The notes under the pieces were generated by a model that searched no databases, was not told where the DNA came from, and saw only the letters and a program-made list of their open reading frames with translations. A stretch of DNA of 64,000 nt from Nitrosopumilus sp. GTDB lineage: Archaea > Thermoproteota > Nitrososphaeria > Nitrososphaerales > Nitrosopumilaceae. Shown one piece after another: positions 1-10,277 of the stretch (position 1 is its first letter; every line of letters begins with the position of its first letter). Location: contig CBDBGZ010000009.1 of NCBI GenBank assembly GCA_965205425.1, positions 1,024,001 through 1,088,000 of the forward strand. The letters run 5' to 3'. A program made the translations under genes and the position numbers.

Positions 1-330
1 GATGAACCAGGTGCATATGCAGCCGTAAACCATGATTATGCAGCAATTTACACTGGCGCAGCTACAGTCTTTGTAGCAGGTGACCCATTCGGCTTGAACC
101 CAATTCTAGTTGAGAAAGGAATTATCCCAGCACCAGTAGCATCTTATGCATATGCTTTAGGCAATCCAAGTGATGCTGTCCCACCAATGGGAATGAACAG
201 TATTGCACATCCTGCCCAAAACATTCACGGTTTAATGACTGATGAAGTAGCTTCTGAAATGCAAGCAAGTGGCGATTATGTCGCATTATGGGAAGTAATT
301 CCTGTAGTAGCAGAAATCCTTACTTCTTGA
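1..330 (+). CDS. nirK: Copper nitrite reductase / multicopper oxidase, C-terminal part (5' end outside window)
   Basis: Frame 1 is open from base 1: DEPGAYAAVNHDYAAIYTGAATVFVAGDPF. The PGxYxxVxH Cu-ligand motif and tail resemble thaumarchaeal NirK. Confidence 0.7.
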   Translation, partial: DEPGAYAAVNHDYAAIYTGAATVFVAGDPFGLNPILVEKGIIPAPVASYAYALGNPSDAVPPMGMNSIAHPAQNIHGLMTDEVASEMQASGDYVALWEVIPVVAEILTS

Positions 331-342
331 TCTTTTAACATC

Positions 343-362
343 TTTTTTTCTTTTTATTTTTC
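343..362 (+). terminator. Archaeal oligo-T terminator
   Basis: T-rich tract TTTTTTTCTTTTTATTTTT just after the nirK stop. Confidence 0.55.
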
Positions 363-393
363 TTAATGAATTATATGCCGTTCTTCACTTTGT

Positions 394-1332
394 TTGATTA
401 TGGGATTTGAAGATTCTGTACTAATTTGTGATGAAGTAGATCCTATATTGAATAAAATTTTGGTTGATAATGGCCTAAAAGTTTCATATGAACCGGAAAT
501 TACTAAAGAACAAATCATTGAAAAGATTTCTACTTTCAACATTGTAATTGTTAGAAGCAGAACTACCATCACAAAAGAGATGATAGAGAAGGCTGATAAT
601 TGTAAAATCATTGCTCGTGTTGGAGTTGGATTAGATAATGTTGATCAAGAAGCTGCAAAGGCAAAAGATATTCGTGTAATCAATGCAGTTGAAGGAGCAA
701 TGAATGCTGTTGCAGAATTAGTTTTAGGTTTAATGTTATCTTTAGCAAGACAAACTGCAAGAGGTGATAGAGCAATAAGAAATGAGCAATGGCTCAAAAA
801 AGAACTCAAGGGAACAGAACTTCGAGGAAAATATTTGGGAATTATAGGTTTAGGAAATATTGGAAAACGATTAGGAAGACTTGCTCGTGCATTAAATATG
901 AATATTATTGGTTATGATGTAATGCCAATTGATGAGGAGTTTGCAAAAGAAGTTGGTTTGATGAAAGCTGACTTGAATACATTGTTACAAAGTTCTGATT
1001 ACATTTCTATCCATGTCCCACTTTTAGATTCTACATACCATCTTTTAGATGCAGAAAAAATGTCTACAATGAAAAAGACTGCAAAAATTATCAATACTTC
1101 TAGAGGCGGTGTTGTTGATGAAGATGCTCTTTACAATGCTCTCAAGGATGGCTCATTGGGAGGTGCTGCATTAGATGTATTTGAAAAAGAACCTGCTATT
1201 GGAACAAAATTAGCTGAATTGGACAATGTAATTTTGACTCCCCACATTGGTGCACAAACTAAAGAGGCTCAATCTTTGGTTGCTAATGTAATTGCTGAAA
1301 AGATTATTCAGATTCTTCGTGGCGTAATCTAG
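394..1332 (+). CDS. serA: D-3-phosphoglycerate / D-2-hydroxyacid dehydrogenase
   Basis: GLGNIG Rossmann motif; RVGVGLDN, INTSRGGVVDE and TPHIGA motifs. Confidence 0.85.
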   Translation: MIMGFEDSVLICDEVDPILNKILVDNGLKVSYEPEITKEQIIEKISTFNIVIVRSRTTITKEMIEKADNCKIIARVGVGLDNVDQEAAKAKDIRVINAVEGAMNAVAELVLGLMLSLARQTARGDRAIRNEQWLKKELKGTELRGKYLGIIGLGNIGKRLGRLARALNMNIIGYDVMPIDEEFAKEVGLMKADLNTLLQSSDYISIHVPLLDSTYHLLDAEKMSTMKKTAKIINTSRGGVVDEDALYNALKDGSLGGAALDVFEKEPAIGTKLAELDNVILTPHIGAQTKEAQSLVANVIAEKIIQILRGVI

Positions 1333-1438
1333 TAGAATTTCTGCCTGAACTTTAAAAATAAGTAAAAAAGCTTGACTTTTACGTGATTTATTATCGTCTC
1401 TTCATTTTTAACGTCAATTCGGAGGTCAAAATATACAA

Positions 1439-2368
1439 ATGAATAATTTTGCTGTAAGAGAATTGTATTCTGAAAAACACACACAACTCCCTAGTGTGAA
1501 TTCTCTATTGAAAATATCCCTTGGGTTAATCTTGTTTACTATGATTTCAACTGCACTAGTATATGCTGAAACAATGTCCGTTGATGTTGAAGGAAATTCT
1601 TTTGATGTTGAATATACTACAACTGAATTGACTGTTTCTGCAATTGAAGCTGATACTGAATTAACTTCTTTAATTTTAACTGTTGAAGTTCCTGATTCTA
1701 CTGGTACATTGGATATTACATTTGATAGATCTTTTTTTGATGCTACCTTTGAAGGATTAGATGATGAATTTTTAGTTTTAATAGATGCTGATTTTGCAAA
1801 TTATTCAGAAACTGAGACCACTTCTGAAAGTAGAACTTTGAGTATTGAAGCTCCTTCTGGAACTGAAGAAATTGAAATTATTGGTTATGACTTTGGTGAC
1901 TCAACAACGGTTGAAGTTTCAGACACTGTTGATGAAGATAAAGCCGCAGCAGATGCAGCAGCAGCCAAAGCCGCAGCAGATGCAGCAGCAGCCAAAGCCG
2001 CAGCAGATGCAGCAGCAGCCAAAGCCGCAGCAGATGCAGCAGCAGCCAAAGCCGCAGCAGATGCAGCAGCAGCCAAAGCCGCAGCAGATGCAGCAGCAGC
2101 CAAAGCCGCAGCAGATAATACTTCATCTACACAATGTGGACCTGGAACTATTCTCCAAGATGGAGCATGTGTCTTAGATGAAAGATGTGGACCTGGAACT
2201 ATTCTCCAAGATGGAGCATGTGTACTTGATTCTAAACCTCAACCATCTAACTCTTCTATCAAAGGGATGGGCAAAGATATGGTGATGGGAGTAATTATTG
2301 CATTTGTGGGTGCTGGTGTCGTTGGAATTGTATTTGCTTTAATTTCTAAAGCCAACAAAAGTAACTAA
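1439..2368 (+). CDS. Membrane-anchored surface protein with Ala-rich repeat stalk and CGPGT repeats
   Basis: Signal-like N-terminus, acidic beta domain, (KAAADAAAA)n, two CGPGTILQDGACVLD units, C-terminal TM helix. Confidence 0.75.
   Translation: MNNFAVRELYSEKHTQLPSVNSLLKISLGLILFTMISTALVYAETMSVDVEGNSFDVEYTTTELTVSAIEADTELTSLILTVEVPDSTGTLDITFDRSFFDATFEGLDDEFLVLIDADFANYSETETTSESRTLSIEAPSGTEEIEIIGYDFGDSTTVEVSDTVDEDKAAADAAAAKAAADAAAAKAAADAAAAKAAADAAAAKAAADAAAAKAAADAAAAKAAADNTSSTQCGPGTILQDGACVLDERCGPGTILQDGACVLDSKPQPSNSSIKGMGKDMVMGVIIAFVGAGVVGIVFALISKANKSN
1940..2116 (+). repeat. 27-bp perfect tandem repeat x6.5 (AAAGCCGCAGCAGATGCAGCAGCAGCC)
   Basis: Read directly; encodes KAAADAAAA. Confidence 0.95.
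2135..2223 (+). repeat. Direct repeat, 38-bp core, 51-bp period
   Basis: TGTGGACCTGGAACTATTCTCCAAGATGGAGCATGTGT at 2135 and 2186. Confidence 0.9.
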
Positions 2369-2880
2369 TCACAAGTTAAATCTTCTGAATTCATATTTTG
2401 ATCAAAATCAAATCCTGAAATTTGTGTTGTAGTTGAATAAGGAATTATTCCTAAAATTGGCATGTCTGCCTGAACAACTACTATGAGCTTGTTGGGATCG
2501 AGTCTGATATCTCCACCATCAAACTCAAAATCTAATGTCATGAAAATATGCTGAGCTGCAGACAAATCTTCTGATGAAAATGTTCCTTCTTGTACTGTTG
2601 AGGATAGTGGGTTGATGGTTGTAGGATTTACTGTAAACACTCCTCTTTGGGTTGTATCATAAAATGTAATGACTTGTAAATTCTCAAAACTTATCCAAAA
2701 TGGCATCGGATTACAAAATTCCATGTCTCCATGATTAGACATTGTAAAAAATGTAAACTGGCCTGGATTGTTCCATCGATATTCTAATTGTTGCATTCCC
2801 ACAATACTTAATCCTGCATGTGCAAATGGAATGATAATTACTATAATTGCAATAATTGTTATGATTGAATGTTTATTCAT
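2365..2880 (-). CDS. Hypothetical protein with N-terminal TM helix
   Basis: 171-aa ORF overlapping its neighbours by 4 bp. Confidence 0.7.
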   Translation of the reverse strand: MNKHSIITIIAIIVIIIPFAHAGLSIVGMQQLEYRWNNPGQFTFFTMSNHGDMEFCNPMPFWISFENLQVITFYDTTQRGVFTVNPTTINPLSSTVQEGTFSSEDLSAAQHIFMTLDFEFDGGDIRLDPNKLIVVVQADMPILGIIPYSTTTQISGFDFDQNMNSEDLTCD

Positions 2881-3554
2881 ATTTCATTTTCCATTTGCAT
2901 TGGAATTCCAATGATGTTTCTTTCTAATAGATTATTTATTGCATTGGAAAAATTATCATCTGATATTGCTCCTTCTAACCACCAATGCCCTATGTTTTTT
3001 ACCCATTCTGGGATGTTTATACTGTAAACATTTTCTTGATTAATTTCAAAAGGAATATCTACTAATTTAACATCTACATATTTTTGGAATGCGTCCAAAA
3101 GGAATCCATCTGAAATATTATCTGAAAGCCAGTTGGCCATTATTGGTTTAATTAATTCTGGAATACAAATTGAATCTGATTCTATTAATTCAAATTCTGC
3201 CGAAGTATTTGCTCCTGAATATTGAATATCAATAAAATATTTTCCTAAAGGAAAAATCTCTGCTTCAAATGGAATTAATGATGGAATTGGATTTTGTAAT
3301 TCTGTGATTGATATGGGAATTGCACTACTCCCTTTGCCTGACTCATCGCTAATGTGAATAATTGCCGGATCTCCTGTTACTTCGGAAACTTGAATTGTAT
3401 AGAATAATTTTTCACAATAACTATAACTTGTTTTTTCCATAATTATGGAAACTGTTGGTTCTGCTTGGACCTGAGGCAAAAACATTATAATTCCAATTAC
3501 AAAAATCATAGAAATTATTGGTACATTTCTTTCCATATTTTTTAAAATCCCCAA
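2877..3554 (-). CDS. Secreted hypothetical protein with thaumarchaeal IPxWVK...WW repeat
   Basis: Signal peptide; IPEWVKNIGHWWLEGAISDDNF motif. Confidence 0.75.
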   Translation of the reverse strand: MGILKNMERNVPIISMIFVIGIIMFLPQVQAEPTVSIIMEKTSYSYCEKLFYTIQVSEVTGDPAIIHISDESGKGSSAIPISITELQNPIPSLIPFEAEIFPLGKYFIDIQYSGANTSAEFELIESDSICIPELIKPIMANWLSDNISDGFLLDAFQKYVDVKLVDIPFEINQENVYSINIPEWVKNIGHWWLEGAISDDNFSNAINNLLERNIIGIPMQMENEI

Positions 3555-3752
3555 TGTTCAATAAAAATCTCAAAGCAATACTGAGGAATCTTTTTTAATT
3601 ACTTGAGGCTATGTCATTTATCGAGTTTTCTGCGGAAGCAACTCTTTGAGCGTGTGGATTGTGACCCGCCTCAAAGAAATTTTTACTGATTAGCATTGCT
3701 TAGGTATAATTTTCGATTTACAGTTATTAAAGGGAATTTTTCTATTCTCGAT

Positions 3753-4208
3753 ATGCCTAGTTATCAAGATCAGATGTGGATCAGACTTTGGAAAGAAAAT
3801 TCTCCTGAGATACGTGAACGTGTAATTGGATGGCGTAAACAAAATGCAGTTACTCGAATTGACAAGCCTAGCCGATTACAAAGAGCTAGAAGATTAGGTT
3901 ACAAAGCCAAACAAGGCATTATTGTTGTTAGAATGAGAGTTGGTACTGGTGGTATGAGAAAACAAAGACCTACTGGTGGTAGAAGACCAAAACATCTTGG
4001 TGTTACCAGAATCAAGGCTGATGATGATATGAAAACTGTTGCAGATAGAAGAGTTCAACAAAGATATCCAAACATGAAAGTTTTAGGTTCTTACTTTGTC
4101 TATAAAGATGGAAAACATTATTGGTTTGAAGTAATCTTAACAGACCCAGATCATCCAAGAATTGCTCAAGATAAAGAATTAACCAAAAGAATTCCTAGAA
4201 CTGCATAA
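3753..4208 (+). CDS. rpl15e: 50S ribosomal protein L15e
   Basis: RARRLGYKAKQG and YWFEVIL motifs; likely start is ATG at 3753. Confidence 0.95.
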   Translation: MPSYQDQMWIRLWKENSPEIRERVIGWRKQNAVTRIDKPSRLQRARRLGYKAKQGIIVVRMRVGTGGMRKQRPTGGRRPKHLGVTRIKADDDMKTVADRRVQQRYPNMKVLGSYFVYKDGKHYWFEVILTDPDHPRIAQDKELTKRIPRTA

Positions 4209-4209
4209 A

Positions 4210-4767
4210 TTGAAAATTTTACTTATCATATCTATTGCATTATTTTTTGTTATCACTCCAGCTTATGGTCAAGCATTATCTGATGCCACTGGATTAGTTG
4301 AAAGATTAGATATTCAAACAGGTGGACATTCTTTTGAAGTAGAAACTGTTTCTAATTTTAATATTCCAACTTTTGAATTTGATAAAGATGAGAAAAAACT
4401 AACTCTCTACATTAGTAGTGGGTTGGAAAATAATTTAGGCGAAGTAATAATTCCACAAAATCTTCTTAGTGGCAATCTAACATTTTATCTAAATGATCAA
4501 GAATATTTGCCTCAATTAAATCGCAATGAAAAAATTTCATTTATTACGTTGAATTTTACAGGTTCTGGTGAAAATAAATTAGAAATTATTGGTACTACAT
4601 ATCTTTCTGGTTTGACTGAAATCTATCCTGATCTACCTACTCCTGATCTTTCCCCAATACCAGAATATGATTATGAATTAATCTATGTGTTCATACTCAT
4701 CATAGTTTTGATTATTGGCGGTGTTGTTGGAATAATTATTCTCACAATTAAGAGAAGAAGAAAATAA
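4210..4767 (+). CDS. Membrane-anchored hypothetical protein
   Basis: Signal peptide, C-terminal TM helix and KRRRK tail. Confidence 0.7.
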   Translation: MKILLIISIALFFVITPAYGQALSDATGLVERLDIQTGGHSFEVETVSNFNIPTFEFDKDEKKLTLYISSGLENNLGEVIIPQNLLSGNLTFYLNDQEYLPQLNRNEKISFITLNFTGSGENKLEIIGTTYLSGLTEIYPDLPTPDLSPIPEYDYELIYVFILIIVLIIGGVVGIIILTIKRRRK

Positions 4768-4801
4768 TAGAACGAAACATATCTTAACAATTAGACTTAT
4801 C

Positions 4802-4882
4802 ATGGATAATGCAAAAATTGCTCTTGTAAGCGGGTTTGTAATAGTTGTAGTATTGTCTATATCTCTAGTTTTGTTAAGTTAA
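4802..4882 (+). CDS. Putative 26-aa single-TM micropeptide
   Basis: MDNAKIALVSGFVIVVVLSISLVLLS fills the intergenic gap; not in the ORF track. Confidence 0.35.
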   Translation: MDNAKIALVSGFVIVVVLSISLVLLS

Positions 4883-5544
4883 TTTTCATTAAGCAATTTT
4901 TGAATCATATTATCTACATGTCCTGATTGCCCAAACGAAACATCTCTGAGAATCCCTTTTCTATCTACTAAAATCATGGAAGGTGTTCCTTGAAGAGCAA
5001 ATTTCTCAAATGTTTCTGCTGAAAATTCCTTTGATTTCATGTAACTTTTCACTCTTTCAATAATTTGGTTTTTGTATTCTTCTGGTTGTGAATCAAACTC
5101 TGGAATTTGTGGATAAATAAACTCCATGATTTTCTCTTGACTTATTTCGCCAGAAGTCTTTGTAAGATTATCCATTCCTAATGGAAATGGAATTTTGTAT
5201 GATAGTTTATTTCCTTCTTGTAATTGTCCATATGATGAAAGTGCATCTTTGGTTTCTCCAATAACTTCACCTGTTTCTGCTAACATTTTCAAATTATCTA
5301 ATGTATTTTTATCAAAATCTTCAAAAGCTGTAGCAAGACCTAAGACCCGTACTCCTTCATCTTTGTATTTGTTGTAGATGTTGATTGCCTCTGGGATTGC
5401 ATTCATGAAACATCCTGGGCAATTTACTTGAAAAACTTCTAACAATACTATGTGATCATTTTCTTGATCAAAATTTGTTGGTGCTCCTTGTACCCATTCT
5501 GATACTCCAAAATTTGGTGCTTTTTCGCCTATCTTTGCACTCAT
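4879..5544 (-). CDS. Thioredoxin-fold (AhpC/TlpA-like) redoxin
   Basis: FQVNCPGC CxxC and GTPS motifs. Confidence 0.85.
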   Translation of the reverse strand: MSAKIGEKAPNFGVSEWVQGAPTNFDQENDHIVLLEVFQVNCPGCFMNAIPEAINIYNKYKDEGVRVLGLATAFEDFDKNTLDNLKMLAETGEVIGETKDALSSYGQLQEGNKLSYKIPFPLGMDNLTKTSGEISQEKIMEFIYPQIPEFDSQPEEYKNQIIERVKSYMKSKEFSAETFEKFALQGTPSMILVDRKGILRDVSFGQSGHVDNMIQKLLNEN

Positions 5545-5643
5545 AGTCGATTATCGGATTTTTTCCATTAAATACATATCTCAACTAATTCTTGATTTTT
5601 TCTCAAGTAACCTAATATAGGACACAAAAAATTTCAAAACAAA

Positions 5644-6132
5644 ATGCAGGTAATAACTGAAGATAGAATGGCTCTTTTCGCTGAGATGGAATCAAAATAT
5701 GAACAAAAAGATACTGAATACTTTGTTTCCCTTTTAGATCATCCTGATTATGTGGTAAGAACAAGGGTTGCGTGTATTTTGGTTGATTTTGGAGGAGAAG
5801 ATAAAGTTCCTCACATTGCTAAAGTTTTAAAAAATGATGAAAATGAACTAGTACGTCATGAAGCTGCATTTGCATTAGGACAAATGTCTTATTCTAGTGC
5901 TATTCCGCCTTTAACTGATGCAACTCTAAATGATTCTAGTATGTTTGTACGTCATGAAGCTGCAATTGCATTGGGTGTAGTTGGATCAAAAGAAGCTAAA
6001 GAATCTCTTCAAAAAGCATTAAACGATCCTGATAAACCCGTTGTGGAATCTGCCGTAGTTGCATTATCTAATATTGAATTTATGGAAAAGTTAAGTAAGA
6101 ACGAACAGTTTGCAAAGTTAACAGGTGGATGA
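5644..6132 (+). CDS. HEAT-repeat (PBS lyase-like) protein
   Basis: Repeated VRHEAAxALG. Confidence 0.85.
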   Translation: MQVITEDRMALFAEMESKYEQKDTEYFVSLLDHPDYVVRTRVACILVDFGGEDKVPHIAKVLKNDENELVRHEAAFALGQMSYSSAIPPLTDATLNDSSMFVRHEAAIALGVVGSKEAKESLQKALNDPDKPVVESAVVALSNIEFMEKLSKNEQFAKLTGG

Positions 6133-7072
6133 AATGAATTTTTCTTATGGTATTATTGCAATAGTTGGAGTACTAGCAGCAATTTCTATTGGTTTTATAG
6201 CAATGGAACCAAATGCGATAATTGAACCAAGAGTAGTTGCTGTTGAAGAAAAACCCGTTGCTTGTACTATGGAGTGGGATCCTATGTGTGGGGTTGATGG
6301 TAAAACTTATGGCAATATGTGTGGGTTGAATGCTGCTAATGCTAAATTAGATTATCCCGGTGAATGTATTTTTGAACCAATTTCTGTCACTTCTTACATT
6401 ATGCCCAAAACTGCTATTGTAGGTGAAACTTTACTTGTTGAAGTTGAATTTAGAGATGATGATAAGAAAATAGTTGATCACGTAAATTATGATATCTTTG
6501 CAACACAAAACGGTGAAAGTATACTTTCTGAACCTGGTTCACACAGACATCCTGGAATGCATCCTATTCATGAAACAGTAATCCTTGATGAATCTTCAAT
6601 TGAAATTTTAGTAATAATTCAAGGTTTAGGACATGGTGAAGATATCACTGAACCAAAGGGAGTTGAAAGTACTATTAGTGTAATTCCTGAACCAACACCA
6701 GAACCAACACCAGAACCAACACCAGAACCAACACCAGAACCAACACCAGAACCTGAAACTCAATCACTACCTTCAACTACAATAGTTTCAATTCCTACTG
6801 GCTCTGCTGTTCCAGGATGTGAAGATACAAACGAATGTTATTTACCTTATGAGATTACCATATCGACTGGTTCTTCTGTATCTTGGATTAATGATGATTC
6901 AGCCGCACACACTGTAACTAGTGGAACCGTTGAGGCTGGAGTAACTGGTGTCTTTGATTCAAGTTTATTCATGGCAGGTGCTGTTTACGAATTTATATTT
7001 GAAGAAGCAGGAACTTCTGATTATTTCTGTATGGTTCATCCTTGGATGATTGGCATTGTTAATGTCAACTAG
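6125..7072 (+). CDS. Blue copper (cupredoxin) protein with Kazal domain and PEPT linker
   Basis: Kazal CTMEWDPMCGVDGKTYGNMC; C-terminal HTVT...YFCMVHPWM. Confidence 0.85.
   Translation: MDEMNFSYGIIAIVGVLAAISIGFIAMEPNAIIEPRVVAVEEKPVACTMEWDPMCGVDGKTYGNMCGLNAANAKLDYPGECIFEPISVTSYIMPKTAIVGETLLVEVEFRDDDKKIVDHVNYDIFATQNGESILSEPGSHRHPGMHPIHETVILDESSIEILVIIQGLGHGEDITEPKGVESTISVIPEPTPEPTPEPTPEPTPEPTPEPETQSLPSTTIVSIPTGSAVPGCEDTNECYLPYEITISTGSSVSWINDDSAAHTVTSGTVEAGVTGVFDSSLFMAGAVYEFIFEEAGTSDYFCMVHPWMIGIVNVN
6689..6753 (+). repeat. 12-bp tandem repeat x5.4 (GAACCAACACCA)
   Basis: Encodes the EPTP linker. Confidence 0.9.
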
Positions 7073-9138
7073 AGTGTAGTAACTTTACTTCCTTGTTCTG
7101 ATGATTCAAATTTGTAAATTTGCTCTACTGTAGAATCCTCAAAGATTTCTGCATCATGAGTAATTATGAGAAATTGCATTGGTGTTTCTGAATTTGAAAT
7201 GTTTGATAATTGGGACAGCACTCCTACCAGGGATTTTTTTCTCTCTGCATCAAGATGTGTTGTGGGCTCATCTAGTATCATCAAATTCAGATTTGATGCA
7301 CCTAGAAGACTTGCCATTCCTAATCTCAAGGCTAATGCCACACTGACTTTTTCCCCTCCACTAAGTGACTCCAAATCCAATTCCTCTGTTTTTGAATTAC
7401 AAATTATTGAAATATCTCTAGCTTTTTCTGTAAGTTGAATTCTCTGAATTTTTGTATTTAGTAATGCAAGATATTCTGAAGCTTTAGCTGAGATTGCATT
7501 GAGTGCCCATGATCTTAAACTTGTAGCAACAGGACCATCTCTACTAAAAATATTATTTTGAATTTCATTAAGATTTGTAACATATTTTTTCACAATACTC
7601 AATTCTGAAATTGCATTTTCAATAACTTTGATTTGGTCATTTCCTTTAGATATTTTTTCTAAAATAGCTCCTATTTGTTGATCAATTTGTGAAAGATCCA
7701 TTTGTTTTTGATTAACCATTTTTTTAAGATTCAAAAATTCATTTTCATCAAATCCCTTGGTTTCTAATTCTAACTCTGAAATATTTTCAAAAATTATTTT
7801 TGCATGAGAATCAATTTGTGCCATTTCAATCAAATTCGTATTACCTAAAACAGGAATTTTCTGTTTTTTTGTTTTTACATCTACTTGAATTTTTTCTAAT
7901 TCTTCTTTTGAATTAATAGAATGTGCTCTAAGTGTAGCTTCTGCATCTCTTGCAGATTGTAATTTATTTGAAAAATCTTTTCTTTTTTGATTATACATCT
8001 GATGTTCTTTTTCTTTTGAAATGATTTGTTCTTGTAGTGATTCTAATTCTTGATTAAGATGTTCTTCTTGGAAAAGTGGATTTAGTTTTTCTACATTTGA
8101 ATCACAAACTGGGCATTTCTTATCTTTTAATTGGAGTTTTGATGCAAGTAGTTGTTTTTCTTTTAGAGATGCTGTCTGACTTTTCATCTCTTGAATTTTG
8201 TTTAGTGTGTCATCTACAGTTTGTTCTACTTTTTCAATTTTGGATTCTAAATCTTCTTTTAGGCTTGCAGGCTCAAAACACCCTTCACAATCACGTATTT
8301 TACGCTCATTTTCACTAATTTCACGCTGAATTTCATGAATTGCCTCTTTTGCATATTCGATGAGTTCTTTTCTTCTTGATTCTAATTGATTGATTTTTTC
8401 AATTTTTGGAGCTTCGATTTCGACTTTTTTTCTTAAATCCTCAATATCACTTTGTAATTTTTCTTGTTTTGTTTGTAGTTGATTTTTCTGTGGAGTGGCC
8501 TCTTCAATTTCTTTATGGTATATTTCTAGATCTCTTGATAATATTTCAATATGTGTATCATCGTATCCAATTTTTTTTCTAATACTTTGACGGAATTCTT
8601 TATTTACAGATTTCATTGATTCTGAAGCTACATCAAGCTTATCAATTCCTATAATTGCATTTAGTAATTCTTTAAATTCTTTAGGCTTTGCATTGATAAT
8701 TGCATTTAATTCTCCTTGTTGTACAATTGATGCTATCTTTAATTTCTCAAAATCAAGACCGATTGCTTTTTCAACTTCATGTGTCATCGATTCGCCAAAT
8801 TGTTTTCTTTCACCTGCTGCTATTTCTATTATTTCATCTCCTTTGATTTCGGAGAATTTTGCAGAAAGAGTTCCTTTACTATCTATTTTCCTTGCTGCTT
8901 CGTAATTTTTCCCATTAACTGAAAAATTAATTTTAGCAAATCCTTGGTTAGAACCTCGTTTGATAAGTCCTTTGTTTGATTTTCTTGTATGCTGTCCAAA
9001 CAATGCAAAAGTAATTGCATCAATGATACTTGATTTCCCTGCTCCGTTATGTCCTACAAAAACTGTAACTCCGTTATCAAAATCTAAATTTGTATTGGTA
9101 TGCGCTAGAAAGTCTCCTAATTCAATTGAAGTAATCAA
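7069..9138 (-). CDS. rad50: Rad50 ATPase
   Basis: GHNGAGKS Walker A, CPVC zinc hook, LSGGE, LDEPT. Confidence 0.95.
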   Translation of the reverse strand: MITSIELGDFLAHTNTNLDFDNGVTVFVGHNGAGKSSIIDAITFALFGQHTRKSNKGLIKRGSNQGFAKINFSVNGKNYEAARKIDSKGTLSAKFSEIKGDEIIEIAAGERKQFGESMTHEVEKAIGLDFEKLKIASIVQQGELNAIINAKPKEFKELLNAIIGIDKLDVASESMKSVNKEFRQSIRKKIGYDDTHIEILSRDLEIYHKEIEEATPQKNQLQTKQEKLQSDIEDLRKKVEIEAPKIEKINQLESRRKELIEYAKEAIHEIQREISENERKIRDCEGCFEPASLKEDLESKIEKVEQTVDDTLNKIQEMKSQTASLKEKQLLASKLQLKDKKCPVCDSNVEKLNPLFQEEHLNQELESLQEQIISKEKEHQMYNQKRKDFSNKLQSARDAEATLRAHSINSKEELEKIQVDVKTKKQKIPVLGNTNLIEMAQIDSHAKIIFENISELELETKGFDENEFLNLKKMVNQKQMDLSQIDQQIGAILEKISKGNDQIKVIENAISELSIVKKYVTNLNEIQNNIFSRDGPVATSLRSWALNAISAKASEYLALLNTKIQRIQLTEKARDISIICNSKTEELDLESLSGGEKVSVALALRLGMASLLGASNLNLMILDEPTTHLDAERKKSLVGVLSQLSNISNSETPMQFLIITHDAEIFEDSTVEQIYKFESSEQGSKVTTL

Positions 9139-10277
9139 TGGGTTTTCTCCTTTTTGAATTTTTCAAAATTCTCTATGATGATTTCTGAGGCTTCTTCAAT
9201 TTCACCTGATGATAAAACTGGGAGAAGCTCTTTGATTGCAAAACTAGCGGCTTGCTCGGAACCCAAAATATCTACTGATAGTCTAAACATCTCATCATCG
9301 ATGATATTTGGTCTATCGAGAAATACTGAAGAATCTGACCCCTGTTTTGTGCTAATTCTCCAAAAACACCTCAAAACAATGGAATTTAGCCTTGCAATTT
9401 GCGCTTGAATGTGGTCTGTTTCGATGTTTTCTCCCTTGATGTTCACCTCTACAACAGGCTTTTTTACAAAGCCTGTAATTTTTTCAGAAATTTCATCTAT
9501 TGTTTTTGATAATTCCCCGTACTCTGTTTTGAATGCAATTTGGGGTCTTGCATCTAGTTCAATCCAATTTGGATTTGCCTCTTTTCCAGAAATGTCTACT
9601 TCAAAAAATCCTTTTTTTGTTTCTTTAATCCCTTCACTGGTTGTCATTTCTATAGAACCTGGATATGCTATTGGCCCACCTAAATGATTAAACTGCTTGA
9701 TGTCTTTATCATGAAGATGTCCCATTGCATAATATGTAAAATTTTTTGGTAAATCTGTTGATTGTAGTTCTCCTGCAAATTTGTTAAATTCTGTAATTCC
9801 TTGATGTAGAATTAAAATTTTATGACCTGAATGTTCTTTTGCAATATTATCAATTGCAGAAAACTTTTCTTCAAATTGTGAAATCTCTGCTTTTCTAATT
9901 TTATCAAATCCAGCTAAAAGAATTCCTTTGTATTCAATTGGATTCCCTTGACCAATATATTTTGAAAATTCTAAATTATGGTATACGTATGGAATTGGCG
10001 TAGTTCTAATTCTACTGATATCATGTTCTCCTAAAATAAAAAATGAATCAATATTATTTTGTTTTAATCTCTTTAATCCATTTGCCATTTGAATGATTGC
10101 TGTTCCGTTAGGATTTGGAACATGAAAAATATCTCCTGCAAAAATTACAAAATTCACATGGTCCTTTATCGATGTATCAATTGATTGATTAAACACATCA
10201 TACACGTCTTGTGCACGTTCTTCTGAACCATACTGTACTAATCCCAAATGCGTATCTGAAATATGTGAAAATAACAT
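9135..10277 (-). CDS. mre11: Mre11 nuclease
   Basis: DTHLG, AGDIF and GHLH phosphoesterase motifs; operon context. Confidence 0.93.
   Translation of the reverse strand: MLFSHISDTHLGLVQYGSEERAQDVYDVFNQSIDTSIKDHVNFVIFAGDIFHVPNPNGTAIIQMANGLKRLKQNNIDSFFILGEHDISRIRTTPIPYVYHNLEFSKYIGQGNPIEYKGILLAGFDKIRKAEISQFEEKFSAIDNIAKEHSGHKILILHQGITEFNKFAGELQSTDLPKNFTYYAMGHLHDKDIKQFNHLGGPIAYPGSIEMTTSEGIKETKKGFFEVDISGKEANPNWIELDARPQIAFKTEYGELSKTIDEISEKITGFVKKPVVEVNIKGENIETDHIQAQIARLNSIVLRCFWRISTKQGSDSSVFLDRPNIIDDEMFRLSVDILGSEQAASFAIKELLPVLSSGEIEEASEIIIENFEKFKKEKTH

Noticed and set aside
1845..2177. Poly-Q/P, poly-L and poly-A ORFs in alternative frames
   Set aside because: Shadow frames of the 27-bp repeat inside CDS 1439-2368
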